Origin: Fidelibacterota bacterium
GTDB taxonomy: Bacteria; Fidelibacterota; UBA8477; JABMPR01
Reading direction: 5' to 3'
Assembly (NCBI GenBank): GCA_013202495.1
Contig: JABMQQ010000241.1
Coordinates: 6,928-70,927, forward strand
DNA length: 64,000 nucleotides
The translations under genes and the position numbers were made by a program. Below are positions 19,754-29,249 of this stretch, piece after piece. Positions within the stretch are counted from its first letter, which is position 1. Every line of letters starts with the position of its first letter. The notes beneath the pieces were generated by a model. The model had not been told where the DNA came from, searched no databases, and saw nothing but the letters and a program-made list of their open reading frames with translations.

Positions 19754-20184
19754 CAGGTCACCATCCTCTTGAGTTTGTCCCAAATTTTATTGCCCAACAT
19801 ATCTGCAGCCACATCGACAATCTGTTGTACTAAATCCAGGATATTTTGCTCCCCAGCCCAATGCCTGGTTACAATGGCTGGATCACAATTCTTCATAACA
19901 GAATTAATGACATAAGCCGCCAAGGCTACATCGTCCAGATAGCCCAGGGGTCCTATAAGTGCTTCAGGAAAAAGATCGATGGGTGAAATGAAGTAGGCCA
20001 GGGCTCCAGCGATTTTGGCTTTCTCGTTACTGGGGACGTCCTTATCCAAAGCCAATTTCGCTAGCAGATGAAAAAGATCCGGGGCGAGCAAAAGATATTC
20101 AGACCACTGACTTTCTTTGCCGATCTTGGTCTTCACCCATTCCCGAATGTCTGATCTCATTTTTTGATAAAAATCCTGATTCAT
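19753..20184 (-). CDS. DUF1232 (YkvA-like) domain protein.
   Basis: Sequence IDLFPEALIGPLGYLDDVALAAYV matches the DUF1232 signature (D.IPD.IP.iG.lDD). Confidence 0.55.
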   Translation of the reverse strand: MNQDFYQKMRSDIREWVKTKIGKESQWSEYLLLAPDLFHLLAKLALDKDVPSNEKAKIAGALAYFISPIDLFPEALIGPLGYLDDVALAAYVINSVMKNCDPAIVTRHWAGEQNILDLVQQIVDVAADMLGNKIWDKLKRMVT

Positions 20185-20212
20185 GTCTCTACCCTCCCAG
20201 GTTGGAATCTTA

Positions 20213-21352
20213 TTATTTTAGCAAAGTTAATTTTTTCACGCTACGCAACTCAGATGTATTAAGCTCCATTAGATATACACCTGAACTAACACTGACACCA
20301 TTTCTATCGGTCCCATTCCAACGGACCGAGTACTCTCCCGGCATAAATTTGCTTTGAATGAGTGTCGTTATCAAACTTCCATTAATATCGAAGATCTTCA
20401 AACTGGCATTGGTGTTTTGCTCCAACTTAATGATAAATGAGATCTCTGCGTTAAATGGATTTGGGAATGCGTTTATTTGATGATCCTGTGGAATCTGCAG
20501 TTCCTGAACTCCAACTCCTGCGGGGTACGGAGATCCAGCATTTACCCAGGCTGTATACCAGATACTGGCCAAATCAACAGCAGCACGATTCAAACTCCAT
20601 ATGGTAATATCTCCAAGATCACTCCACATCAATGAATAGTAGGCGTCATTTTGATTTGGATCCATGTCGTAGGCTCTATCGTCAGTTTCCATAATCAGAT
20701 CGACAATTGGATAAATATCTTTTATATAACCAAAAATTGAATCAATGGGGCTCTCCCAATAATGAGCTATTGAATCGGGGAAGACAATCTCATCTAAATG
20801 AGGATTGATCATTTGGGTCTCATATCTTGAATGAATGCCATAATTATTGGTGAGTTGCCCATTGTAATTCAGGGTCAGGTGTAAGGCTTGGTGCGAATCA
20901 CCCACATAATGTCCTAATTCAGCAGCCACCTGCCAGACATCGTTCCAGTTTCCATCTTCCATGAGGGTTGTCATATCATCTAGCCACCACTCTATCACCC
21001 AGGGAACCAGACCGTTGTCCTCCATGATATTTTGACCGTATAAATCAATCATATCCTGCCATTGATGGGGCAGGGTTCCCGTAAAAAACTCGGGATAATA
21101 ATCGATATCTATGTAGTGATAATATCCTGGGTCATCATCTGTATCAGGATCAACAGAATGCGATGATAGATATTCACGATGATCTTGAAAGAAGGACATA
21201 GACTCTGGTAGATGATTGACTGCAGCATCATTGATAAAACGGTGTGAGTTCCAACCCCAACGTCCATAAAGATTTGGGGGTGTCAAAAGGGTGATCAGAA
21301 GAATGAGTACTATTTTTTTCAAGATTTTGGCTCCAAATGCCATGAATTTCAC
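20213..21352 (-). CDS. Secreted S1/P1-family zinc nuclease with a T9SS C-terminal sorting domain.
   Basis: Signal peptide. Mature N-terminus GRWGWNSHRFINDAAVNHL (the WG..GH start of P1 nucleases). Zn-ligand region HYVGDSHQALH. C-terminus FPNPFNAEISFIIKL...VKKLTLLK. Confidence 0.7.
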   Translation of the reverse strand: MKFMAFGAKILKKIVLILLITLLTPPNLYGRWGWNSHRFINDAAVNHLPESMSFFQDHREYLSSHSVDPDTDDDPGYYHYIDIDYYPEFFTGTLPHQWQDMIDLYGQNIMEDNGLVPWVIEWWLDDMTTLMEDGNWNDVWQVAAELGHYVGDSHQALHLTLNYNGQLTNNYGIHSRYETQMINPHLDEIVFPDSIAHYWESPIDSIFGYIKDIYPIVDLIMETDDRAYDMDPNQNDAYYSLMWSDLGDITIWSLNRAAVDLASIWYTAWVNAGSPYPAGVGVQELQIPQDHQINAFPNPFNAEISFIIKLEQNTNASLKIFDINGSLITTLIQSKFMPGEYSVRWNGTDRNGVSVSSGVYLMELNTSELRSVKKLTLLK

Positions 21353-21494
21353 AAGTCTGATAATATTGGGGCAAATCCATTAAATACACCATGAAAAGAC
21401 GGGTATTGGTGTACGGATATATGCATCTTCATTCCCTAATCAATGGGCAATGGAATCATCCAATTAGTTAGATATATATAACTTTTAATTGCAT

Positions 21495-21524
21495 TATGTT
21501 AGATTTATACTACTTTATGTTAGA
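21495..21524 (+). promoter_or_regulatory. Candidate operator/promoter motif upstream of membrane+XRE module 2.
   Basis: Direct repeats TTATGTTAGA (21495-21504 and 21515-21524) flank the same TACTACTT core (21508-21515). A possible sigma70-like promoter TTAGAT-N16-TAGAAT is embedded in the repeats. Confidence 0.4.
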
Positions 21525-21545
21525 ATTACTTAACTGGAGGACTGT

Positions 21546-21962
21546 ATGTCATATCTAAATCGAAGCATATTAATAGTGCCCATTTTAGCAGCTTGCGTCA
21601 TTGGAGGATTCGCATTTTACTTCTTGAATTATGAGCCCATGATCAGCTGGAAGATGATAACCATCATTATTCTTTCTTTGGTCATGTTAGCCATTCCTGT
21701 GTATCGGAACATTCAAAATGCTAAGGATAAGAAAAGGAATATTCCCCTTGAGGATGAAATGAGTAGAGTTCTTGAGATTTATGCCGCAGCATATGCTTTT
21801 CGTTATTCGATGCTGTCCTGGTTCTTAATTTTCATCTTTCGAGGAAATTTCCCTGATCCAGAGGAAATGCTTGGGATAGGGATCTTGGCCTCTGCAGCAA
21901 TTTTTGGCCTAAGCTGGGTCTACTTTAGACTCAATGGAATTCCCAATGCAGACCAGGATTAA
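21546..21962 (+). CDS. Small membrane protein, paralogous in architecture to 13983..14411 and partnered with an XRE regulator.
   Basis: Three to four TM segments. GGAGG ribosome-binding site 5 nt upstream. Acidic loop [10 protein letters not shown]. Overlaps the downstream XRE ORF. Confidence 0.5.
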   Translation: MSYLNRSILIVPILAACVIGGFAFYFLNYEPMISWKMITIIILSLVMLAIPVYRNIQNAKDKKRNIPLEDEMSRVLEIYAAAYAFRYSMLSWFLIFIFRGNFPDPEEMLGIGILASAAIFGLSWVYFRLNGIPNADQD

Positions 21963-22143
21963 GGAACTAAGAGCTCGCGATGGGCTTACTCAGCAACAAT
22001 TGGCCAACCTGGTTAAGGTACGTCGGGAGACCATCGTTTTTCTCGAGAAGGGAAAATACAATCCCTCTCTCAAGCTGGCCTATGAGATCGCCCAGGTTTT
22101 CTCTCTACCTGTTGAAGAAGTTTTTCTTATGGGGGCAGATTGA
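21934..22143 (+). CDS. XRE-family helix-turn-helix transcriptional regulator.
   Basis: Sequence [56 protein letters not shown] is a typical short XRE HTH. The start could be 21934 or 21946. Confidence 0.7.
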   Translation: MEFPMQTRIKELRARDGLTQQQLANLVKVRRETIVFLEKGKYNPSLKLAYEIAQVFSLPVEEVFLMGAD

Positions 22144-22163
22144 ATTAACAGGTCATGGATGAA

Positions 22164-23324
22164 TTATTTGATGCTGAACTTTTGTATGGCTGACAGCAAT
22201 AAATCAAGCTCATCCCTGGTGTTGTAGGCATTAAAACTAAGCCGTAAAATAGTCTCATCCCGCCAACCTGTGATCATAGCTTCAATCCGATGCTCTTCCC
22301 ACAAATAACGCCACAATTCACCAGGCTTAGTTTCTTTTGGCAAAAGGACACTGGCGATTTGAGCCAGCCAGGTTCGATCACAAATCTTATTTCGTCCAAA
22401 GGCATCTGTGAACAAATCGCGATAATCGTGAAGCAGCACCTGAGCTTCTGAGTTACGAGTCCTCCAATCATGCTTTTCACGGAATTTGAGTGCAGCTGGA
22501 ATACTCAGAAAAGCCGCCATATCTCGGGTTCCCCACATCTCATGTCGCAATGAAAAGGAGGGTTGGTTGATTTCTGCCCAACTGATTACCAGAGGTTCAA
22601 AAGCTTCTCTCTGGCTTGCATGAACATGCAAGAATGCGGTGCCCTTGGGAGTGAGCATCCACTTATGACAATTACTGGTGTAGAAGTCAGCATCTATATC
22701 TTTTACATCCAAATCGATTTGCCCCACAGCATGGGCGCCGTCAATAACTGTGATAATCCCGGCTTTCCGGGCTCGCCTGCAAATCTCCTTGACAGGTAAA
22801 ACCAACGCGGTTGCCGATGTGATATGACTTATTAGGATCACTTTTGTACTGGGTGTGACATGTTTCCAGAAGTAGTCGACAAAATCAGCTTGCGTGGATA
22901 CAGGCAGGTCAATTGCTACCTCATTGAGAACAGCGTCGTTTTGAAGGCATTTTCGAGCCCAGGTGGCCACTATGGTCCCATACTCATGATCTGTGGTCAG
23001 GACTTCATCATTGGCTTTCAGTGGAATCGAATTGGCAATGGCATTCAGGGCAACAGTCACATTGGGAGTAAAAATCAACCCTTCTGCATCTGCACTGACA
23101 AACTGAGCCAGATCTGTCCTGGCCTTTTCCAGTGGACCACTAGCCTCCTTCCCAAACAATCCCTTCAATTGCCGAGTGTAATAATCAATGGGATTCTGCT
23201 CCAGGATACGCTGCCAGTTTTGATAGTCCTCAAATACCTCGCGAGGGCAGGCACCAAATGATCCGTGATTCAGATAGTGTATATCTGGATCGAGGAGAAA
23301 TTCTGATCTGATATTGGCGAGCAT
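22164..23324 (-). CDS. Aminotransferase class V-fold PLP-dependent enzyme (isopenicillin-N-epimerase/cysteine-desulfurase-like).
   Basis: N-terminus YLNHGSFGACP. PLP-lysine region SNCHKWMLTPKG. About 386 aa. Confidence 0.65.
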   Translation of the reverse strand: MLANIRSEFLLDPDIHYLNHGSFGACPREVFEDYQNWQRILEQNPIDYYTRQLKGLFGKEASGPLEKARTDLAQFVSADAEGLIFTPNVTVALNAIANSIPLKANDEVLTTDHEYGTIVATWARKCLQNDAVLNEVAIDLPVSTQADFVDYFWKHVTPSTKVILISHITSATALVLPVKEICRRARKAGIITVIDGAHAVGQIDLDVKDIDADFYTSNCHKWMLTPKGTAFLHVHASQREAFEPLVISWAEINQPSFSLRHEMWGTRDMAAFLSIPAALKFREKHDWRTRNSEAQVLLHDYRDLFTDAFGRNKICDRTWLAQIASVLLPKETKPGELWRYLWEEHRIEAMITGWRDETILRLSFNAYNTRDELDLLLSAIQKFSIK

Positions 23325-23397
23325 AGGGACTCCCTCTAGTGGATTCTAACAGTTGTAAACGTGCGCGGATATCACACAGGACAAGGCTTTATAAATA

Positions 23398-23417
23398 TCC
23401 CCCTGGAACCAGGGGGA
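23398..23417 (-). terminator. Candidate intrinsic terminator downstream of greA.
   Basis: Sequence CCCCCTGG-aa-CCAGGGGG gives a perfect 8-bp GC-rich inverted repeat. On the minus strand it is followed by an AT-rich stretch (atatttataaa). Confidence 0.4.
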
Positions 23418-23432
23418 CGAATGTTGCTGGAT

Positions 23433-23891
23433 CTATTTTAGCAATTGAATATCGAGGATGGTCAAGGTCTTGGCTCCGTCTGGAAGATCAAGAACCAGTG
23501 TATCCCCCACCTTTTTACCCAAGACACGTTGAGCAAAGGGGGATGAAGTGGTGACAATATTCTCGTAGAGCTCCAGTTCATATTCTGCCGCACCGGCCAT
23601 AGACACCGTGATGGTATTTTCGCCATCACTATAGGTGACCTGGGTTCCGAATGAGACTCTATCTGCTCTCACATCTCCGGGCTCAACAACTTCTTCATCT
23701 AAATGCTTTTCAAAACGATGACGCTTGTTGTGCAGGTGGGCCTGATTGTCTTTGGCCGCATGGTATTCGGCATTCTCTTTCAAATCACCAAAATCAGCTG
23801 CTCTTTTAATATCTTTTGTATTCTGTTTGATTTCATCATTAATCCCATGAATTCTCTCGACAATCATATTGTAGGTGCTGCGGTATATCAT
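23433..23891 (-). CDS. greA: GreA/GreB-family transcription elongation factor.
   Basis: GreA motifs GDLKENAEYHAAKD, SFGTQVTY and SSPFAQRVLGKKVGDTLVLDLPDG. 152 aa. Confidence 0.75.
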   Translation of the reverse strand: MIYRSTYNMIVERIHGINDEIKQNTKDIKRAADFGDLKENAEYHAAKDNQAHLHNKRHRFEKHLDEEVVEPGDVRADRVSFGTQVTYSDGENTITVSMAGAAEYELELYENIVTTSSPFAQRVLGKKVGDTLVLDLPDGAKTLTILDIQLLK

Positions 23892-24072
23892 TCTTTTCGC
23901 CTTTTATCTTCTTCCTGATTTCTTTATCCGGCTCTTCTTTTTTTTCGGTTCCAGTTAACTGGTTTTACCGAGCCTTAATTATAATCTCCAGGCATGCATC
24001 AGTCCAGCATTTAGGAGGCTTCTTGTCATGAAGATTCTGCCTTGACTTATTTCCACACATCCATGTTAATTA

Positions 24073-25089
24073 CTAGCGGTTCTTCACCTTTTCGGCAAAG
24101 CCCAGCAGGTTCTCAATCTGTAAAACGGTTCCATCATCCAATGTGACTTTGCCAGAATAGCGGCCAAAAACCTGGTGCTGCCAGGATTGGACAACCAACA
24201 GGTTCGTGTTTGAGTAGCGATCAAGAATGGGATCAAAGTCCAATTCGAGACGACCATCGTTGCTGGAAAACTGCCAGGGTTTTAAAAAATCATCTCCAGG
24301 AATATGAAAACTTACAGTGTCCAATTTGTGGCCTTGACCATCAAGAAAAACGATGTTCTCACTGGCGGCGGATGTATCTCCAAAGCCATAACCGATATTC
24401 AGTCCAAACCGCTGTTCACCGACCATCCCCGATGCAGAACCCCAATACCAGGTATTGGAATAGGTCCAGACACCCCGGCCCCAATCCAGCACACCAAATG
24501 CGTTTTGTTGCGAAAACTCCACCTGTCGCTCACCCAGTGAAAAGCTACCTTGAGCAGGCATACAGTTAATCTTGTGATTAAAATAAAATGCTCTGGGGTT
24601 CCCAGCAAAGGGTGTGGCGATGAGCATGGAATCATCCTCTGGTTGGAAGAGCTCCACACTGCCCTGTAAATCTTGCCCTGGTTGAAAATTTATCCAGTTA
24701 ACCTCAAGCACTCTGGAATGCTCTTTTCGAATAAAGCGCAGTTGAAGATTCTTATTCTGAAATACCACATCCCCCTGCTTACTGGTTTCAGGCATCTTAA
24801 AGCCACCCATGGGTAATATTGTTGTTGCTGAATTCGAAATTTCCTGCCCACTTGAGAAATCGAAAACCGTGGCGCCAATAAATCCAATATAGCCCATGTC
24901 TGAGACAGTAAACGAGATGCCCTGATCTTCAGACAAGACCGCGTAGTAGTCCCACTCTTTGATCTTAAAAGCCGGTGCAGTAATATCCTTGCGATGATAG
25001 TCCAGGATCATATCTCTGGCCCAACCGCGCTGGATAAGCCCACCTTGCTGGTTGAGTAATTTCGATGATTTTAGAATCTCGTTTTGCAT
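24073..25089 (-). CDS. DUF2804-like protein (function unknown).
   Basis: N-terminal LIQRGWARDMILDYHRKDITAPAFKIKEWDYY resembles the DUF2804 family pattern. About 338 aa. Confidence 0.4.
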   Translation of the reverse strand: MQNEILKSSKLLNQQGGLIQRGWARDMILDYHRKDITAPAFKIKEWDYYAVLSEDQGISFTVSDMGYIGFIGATVFDFSSGQEISNSATTILPMGGFKMPETSKQGDVVFQNKNLQLRFIRKEHSRVLEVNWINFQPGQDLQGSVELFQPEDDSMLIATPFAGNPRAFYFNHKINCMPAQGSFSLGERQVEFSQQNAFGVLDWGRGVWTYSNTWYWGSASGMVGEQRFGLNIGYGFGDTSAASENIVFLDGQGHKLDTVSFHIPGDDFLKPWQFSSNDGRLELDFDPILDRYSNTNLLVVQSWQHQVFGRYSGKVTLDDGTVLQIENLLGFAEKVKNR

Positions 25090-25201
25090 GGAGCCCCCTA
25101 TAAATGATTAAAACTAAATATGTGAGATCATAGACCTCTGAGCAACGATTCTATTGTTTGGGATGTAAGATTTAGAATTTGCCTGACCGAAGCCCGTCAA
25201 A

Positions 25202-27232
25202 TTAAAAGATGATATCTACCTGAATTTGATCTGCATATTTCGTGAGCATTTCAGAATATTGTGGGTGATCTCTCAGAGTATCGTATTCTGGCTCAAGTAT
25301 AAGCAGTGCCAGGCAAAAATCACCAGGTGCAGACAGGGTTTTATCCAGGTAGTGGAGGGCTTGATCATAGTCACCCACCATGATGAAAAGACTGGCTAAC
25401 TGATCCCAGAGCTGATTCCCCGATACCCCATCAGAGGTTATTTTTGTCATATCAAGGAGCTTGTCTACCGAAGCTTTGGCACCAATCATATCTCCTGCAC
25501 CCGCCTGAGTAACAGCATAATCAACTATATTCATCCAGTGGTCAGGGTCTCGCTGGAGGGCAACCAAGGCCGTGTCCCTGGCCAAGCCGTAATAGTACCT
25601 GGAGGAGTCAAGCAATCCTTCCAGTCTAAAGTAGAAGGCCTTGTCCTCCATCTTATCAGCAGGACCACGATATTTATCAGCTTGCACAAGTTCTCTTGCT
25701 GTACGGAAATCTCTTGATAAATAGGCCTTCATCTCACGGGCAGGAGCCATGGTTTCTGCCCCATATTCCTCAATCAATTCACCAAGGATTGGCTCAGCAA
25801 GTGACAGATCACCCGTTGAAGAAATAGTCAGAAAGTACCTCAGCTCTACCAGAGCAGGATCACGTCCAACCAGTGTGGTCATCTGCTCCAAATATTTTCT
25901 GGTTTTTTGCCATTCACGTGTAAACAGAGTGTTTTCAGCGACGGTATTGGTCTTCCCTGCGGATCTGGGATCCAGATTGACGGCTCTCTCAAAGTATTCA
26001 GTCGCTTCATTCCACAGACCCATGCGACGTTTTACCAAACCGATGGCTAGAAAAAGATCGCTGTTATTGGGCTGGCTAATACGAGCAATCTCAAATTCTG
26101 CCAGTGCTGCCTCAAAGTCACGATCGCTATAATAGTGATAGTATCCCTTGGCCAGATGATAGTTGGGTGATGCTGAATCGAGAGAGGCGAGTTTTACCAG
26201 ATAGTCCTGAGCTTTTTGTATGTATTTACCATCTGGATCATAGCCAGCGAAGTATTCATAGGTATACAGACGGATGAGCTTGGCATATGGCAAAGTAAAC
26301 AAGGGGTCCAGACGGATAGCCTCTTCGTAGAGCGTGATGATGGTATCTCCATCATCGAATTGTCTATCCCCAAGAATATTCGCTCTGAGATAAATATCCC
26401 AGGCAGCTTGGTTTTCAGTGGGTCGCGTGGAAAGGTAGTCTTCTTCCTCAGGTGTAAGTGAAGCCTTGAGTGCACTGGCTATAGATCTGGCAACTTCACT
26501 TTGCAGCGAGAATACATCTTCATAATCACGATCAAATGTTTCTGCCCAGAGATGTTCATCGGTTTCAGCGCGGATGAGCTGCCCTATGATGCGTACCTGA
26601 TCACCAATGAGTTGGATACTTCCCTCGAGAATATTGGCAACGCCTAATTCAGCAGCAATGATGGGGATGGTCTTTTCAGTATTACGATACTGAATTGTCG
26701 AGGTTCTGGAGATGACTTTCAGATCACCCACCTTGGCCAGTTGAGTCAAAATGACATCCGTGATGCCATCTGCGAAGAAGGACGCCTCCTCGCTGGAGGC
26801 AAAACTTGTAAAGGGTAACACTGCGATTGATTTGGGATTTAGAAGTGGTTCTGGCTTTGCCTCAACGGTTTCCCATATATTTGGGATCACTAGAAGGGTA
26901 AGTATAATACCTGCCAGGACAGCAATGATGATGTTGCTTGTCAGCGGCTTCTGATTCACTGTCTGAGGGAGTTCAGAATCCTGGGATTTATCCATTCCAT
27001 CTGGCGTAATCTCATACAACCATGATAAAAACAAGGCAGCAGGAAAGCCAGCAGCCAGCATGCCCAAAATAAGTGATATAGTCCAATCAGGAATCCCTAG
27101 ACGAGGGAAAATCATGTCGCAAGCTTCCAGGATTACAAAGCCGATACCCAGATAAACAGTTGCAGCTCTGAGGACTCGTCTGCGATGGAGTTCAGCGAAA
27201 AATGTGGATAGTCTTGAGGGCTTGCTAGTCAC
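25202..27232 (-). CDS. Membrane-anchored TolB_N-like + TPR-repeat protein, paralogue 1 of 3.
   Basis: Cytoplasmic basic helix FFAELHRRRVLRAATVYLGIGFVILEA. One TM. SIAVLPF...FADGITDVILTQLAKVGDLKVISRTS...LGVANILEGS...HLWAETFDR (TolB-N-like fold). Multiple TPR-like helices. C-terminus DTLRDHPQYSEML. Confidence 0.65.
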   Translation of the reverse strand: MTSKPSRLSTFFAELHRRRVLRAATVYLGIGFVILEACDMIFPRLGIPDWTISLILGMLAAGFPAALFLSWLYEITPDGMDKSQDSELPQTVNQKPLTSNIIIAVLAGIILTLLVIPNIWETVEAKPEPLLNPKSIAVLPFTSFASSEEASFFADGITDVILTQLAKVGDLKVISRTSTIQYRNTEKTIPIIAAELGVANILEGSIQLIGDQVRIIGQLIRAETDEHLWAETFDRDYEDVFSLQSEVARSIASALKASLTPEEEDYLSTRPTENQAAWDIYLRANILGDRQFDDGDTIITLYEEAIRLDPLFTLPYAKLIRLYTYEYFAGYDPDGKYIQKAQDYLVKLASLDSASPNYHLAKGYYHYYSDRDFEAALAEFEIARISQPNNSDLFLAIGLVKRRMGLWNEATEYFERAVNLDPRSAGKTNTVAENTLFTREWQKTRKYLEQMTTLVGRDPALVELRYFLTISSTGDLSLAEPILGELIEEYGAETMAPAREMKAYLSRDFRTARELVQADKYRGPADKMEDKAFYFRLEGLLDSSRYYYGLARDTALVALQRDPDHWMNIVDYAVTQAGAGDMIGAKASVDKLLDMTKITSDGVSGNQLWDQLASLFIMVGDYDQALHYLDKTLSAPGDFCLALLILEPEYDTLRDHPQYSEMLTKYADQIQVDIIF

Positions 27233-29243
27233 TTTGACCAGAATGTTTATCTAGCAGTTCCTGAAACCTGGGGTGTTCCCTCAATACAGAGAAGTCTGGA
27301 TCTAGCTTTAGTAAACTTACATTAAACCAGCCAGGTAATTCCAGGATATCTTTAGTTAAATCAATTACATCATCAAGATTCCCACTAAACAAATGGATAT
27401 CTACCAGGTTCTGTAAAGCGGATACTCCGAGAAGACCATCACGAGACAAGGGCATCAACTCCACCCCTTTTTTACCCCATTCCAATGCCTCTTCATAGCG
27501 ACCCAGCAACGCTAGAGCGGTGCCCAGATCGCCATAAGCTTGCCAATCTTCGGGATTTTCTTGAATCGCCTGTTCTGCTTCTATCCTGGTAGAGTCAAAA
27601 AATGTTTGAGCACTATCCAGATTACCAGTCCACTTTAGAAGTATTCCTATATCCAAGAAACTGCTCGTTGAATTTTCCCTCTCAATTTCAAGCGCTTTCT
27701 TAAAATCACCAGTATAGGTCGCATGACGGATTCTGACTGAACGCAATTCATCTGGCGTAAATTTTTGTAGCAGCTGATCGTGTATTCCCTGCAATTTATT
27801 CAGATCAGCAGAACGTACTATTTCGAAATAATACACCATACGTTCTACGGAAGCATCTTTACCACTATGGATTGCAGATAACTGCTCCCAATACCGATAG
27901 GCGAGATCCCAACGACGCATCTGAAATGCCCATGAAGTAGTTTCATCCACCTTTGCAGCATTATTGGGATCCAGAGCAACGGCCTTCTCCATGTTTTCCA
28001 TGGCAGTATCATACTTACCCAGGCGTCTTTCTACATAAGCAATAGCAGCATATAGATCACTATTATTAGGTTGCATTTCCAGGGCAGTTGAAAACTCCAT
28101 TAACGCCAGTTCATAGTCTCGAGAACCGTAGTAGTAATAGTAGCCTTGAGCCAGATGGGTCTCAGGGGCATTAGGGTTAATGGTATTGGCTTTATCCAGT
28201 GCTTTTCTGGCCTTCTTCAAGCGTTCCGGGCTCGGATCGGTTCCGCTTCCATCAAAATACATATGTGCATGGATACGCGTCAGCCTGGTGTAGGGCAGTA
28301 GAAATTCAGGATCAAGTTGAGTTGCTTCATCAAATATGGCAGCCACAGAATCTTTATTCACAACGTCTGCGGTATTTAGCAGTTGCCCCCGAAGATACAA
28401 TTGCCAGGCTTCCTGGTTTTCAGTGGGTTTGGTTTCAATATAATGCTTTTCTTTGGGTGTGAGCTTCGCCTTCAAAGCCCTGGCAATCTTCTGCGCTACC
28501 TCACTCTGGATACTAAATATATCTGTGTATTTGCGGTCAAAGGTCTCAGCCCAAATATGCTCATCTGTTTCTGCATTGATGAGTTGTGCTACAATGCGGA
28601 TCTGATCTCCGGCTCGTCGGACACTACCCTCTAAGACATTTGCCACACCCAGCTCTTTGGCAATATCTGAAATAAGCATGGTGGTTTCTTTGTATTGCAT
28701 GACTGAGGTTCTGGAAATCACCTTTAGATCAGCAACCTTGGAAAGTTGGGTAAGAATATCATCATGCATGCCATCTGCGAAACTCTGATCATCATCGGTT
28801 TTGGTAAAAGGCGTGAAGGGCAAAACAGCTATTGATTTTGAATCTACCAGGGATGAGGGCTCCTCTCCTGCAGACGTTGTATCTGTGAATCGAGGATAAG
28901 CTAGTAGTCCTGCAATAATAGCCAACAATACAATGATCGTGGCATTTCCAGTCAGCGGCTTCTCGGTCTGAGATTGTTTTTCCCCTGATTTAGGTGAACG
29001 ACGTAATCCTTCTGAGGTCATTTGAAACATCCAGGCCAAGAGGACAGCGATTGGGAAACCAGCTACTACCAATCCCAATACTATTTTGACTATGACAGCA
29101 GGTAGATTGAGTGTAGGGATAATAATGGAAGCGGCTTCCAGTATGGCGTAACCCACACCAAGGTATACAGCGGCAACTCGGAATACCCGTCGGTTACGGA
29201 GTTCCTGAAAAAAACGGCTAAAGCTACTTTGTGATTCTGACAT
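27225..29243 (-). CDS. Membrane-anchored TolB_N-like + TPR-repeat protein, paralogue 2 of 3.
   Basis: Same architecture as paralogue 1: FFQELRNRRVFRVAAVYLGVGYAILEA, then SIAVLPF...FADGMHDDILTQLSKVADLKVISRTS...HIWAETFDR. Overlaps paralogue 1 by 8 nt. Confidence 0.65.
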   Translation of the reverse strand: MSESQSSFSRFFQELRNRRVFRVAAVYLGVGYAILEAASIIIPTLNLPAVIVKIVLGLVVAGFPIAVLLAWMFQMTSEGLRRSPKSGEKQSQTEKPLTGNATIIVLLAIIAGLLAYPRFTDTTSAGEEPSSLVDSKSIAVLPFTPFTKTDDDQSFADGMHDDILTQLSKVADLKVISRTSVMQYKETTMLISDIAKELGVANVLEGSVRRAGDQIRIVAQLINAETDEHIWAETFDRKYTDIFSIQSEVAQKIARALKAKLTPKEKHYIETKPTENQEAWQLYLRGQLLNTADVVNKDSVAAIFDEATQLDPEFLLPYTRLTRIHAHMYFDGSGTDPSPERLKKARKALDKANTINPNAPETHLAQGYYYYYGSRDYELALMEFSTALEMQPNNSDLYAAIAYVERRLGKYDTAMENMEKAVALDPNNAAKVDETTSWAFQMRRWDLAYRYWEQLSAIHSGKDASVERMVYYFEIVRSADLNKLQGIHDQLLQKFTPDELRSVRIRHATYTGDFKKALEIERENSTSSFLDIGILLKWTGNLDSAQTFFDSTRIEAEQAIQENPEDWQAYGDLGTALALLGRYEEALEWGKKGVELMPLSRDGLLGVSALQNLVDIHLFSGNLDDVIDLTKDILELPGWFNVSLLKLDPDFSVLREHPRFQELLDKHSGQSD

Positions 29244-29249
29244 ACCAGA

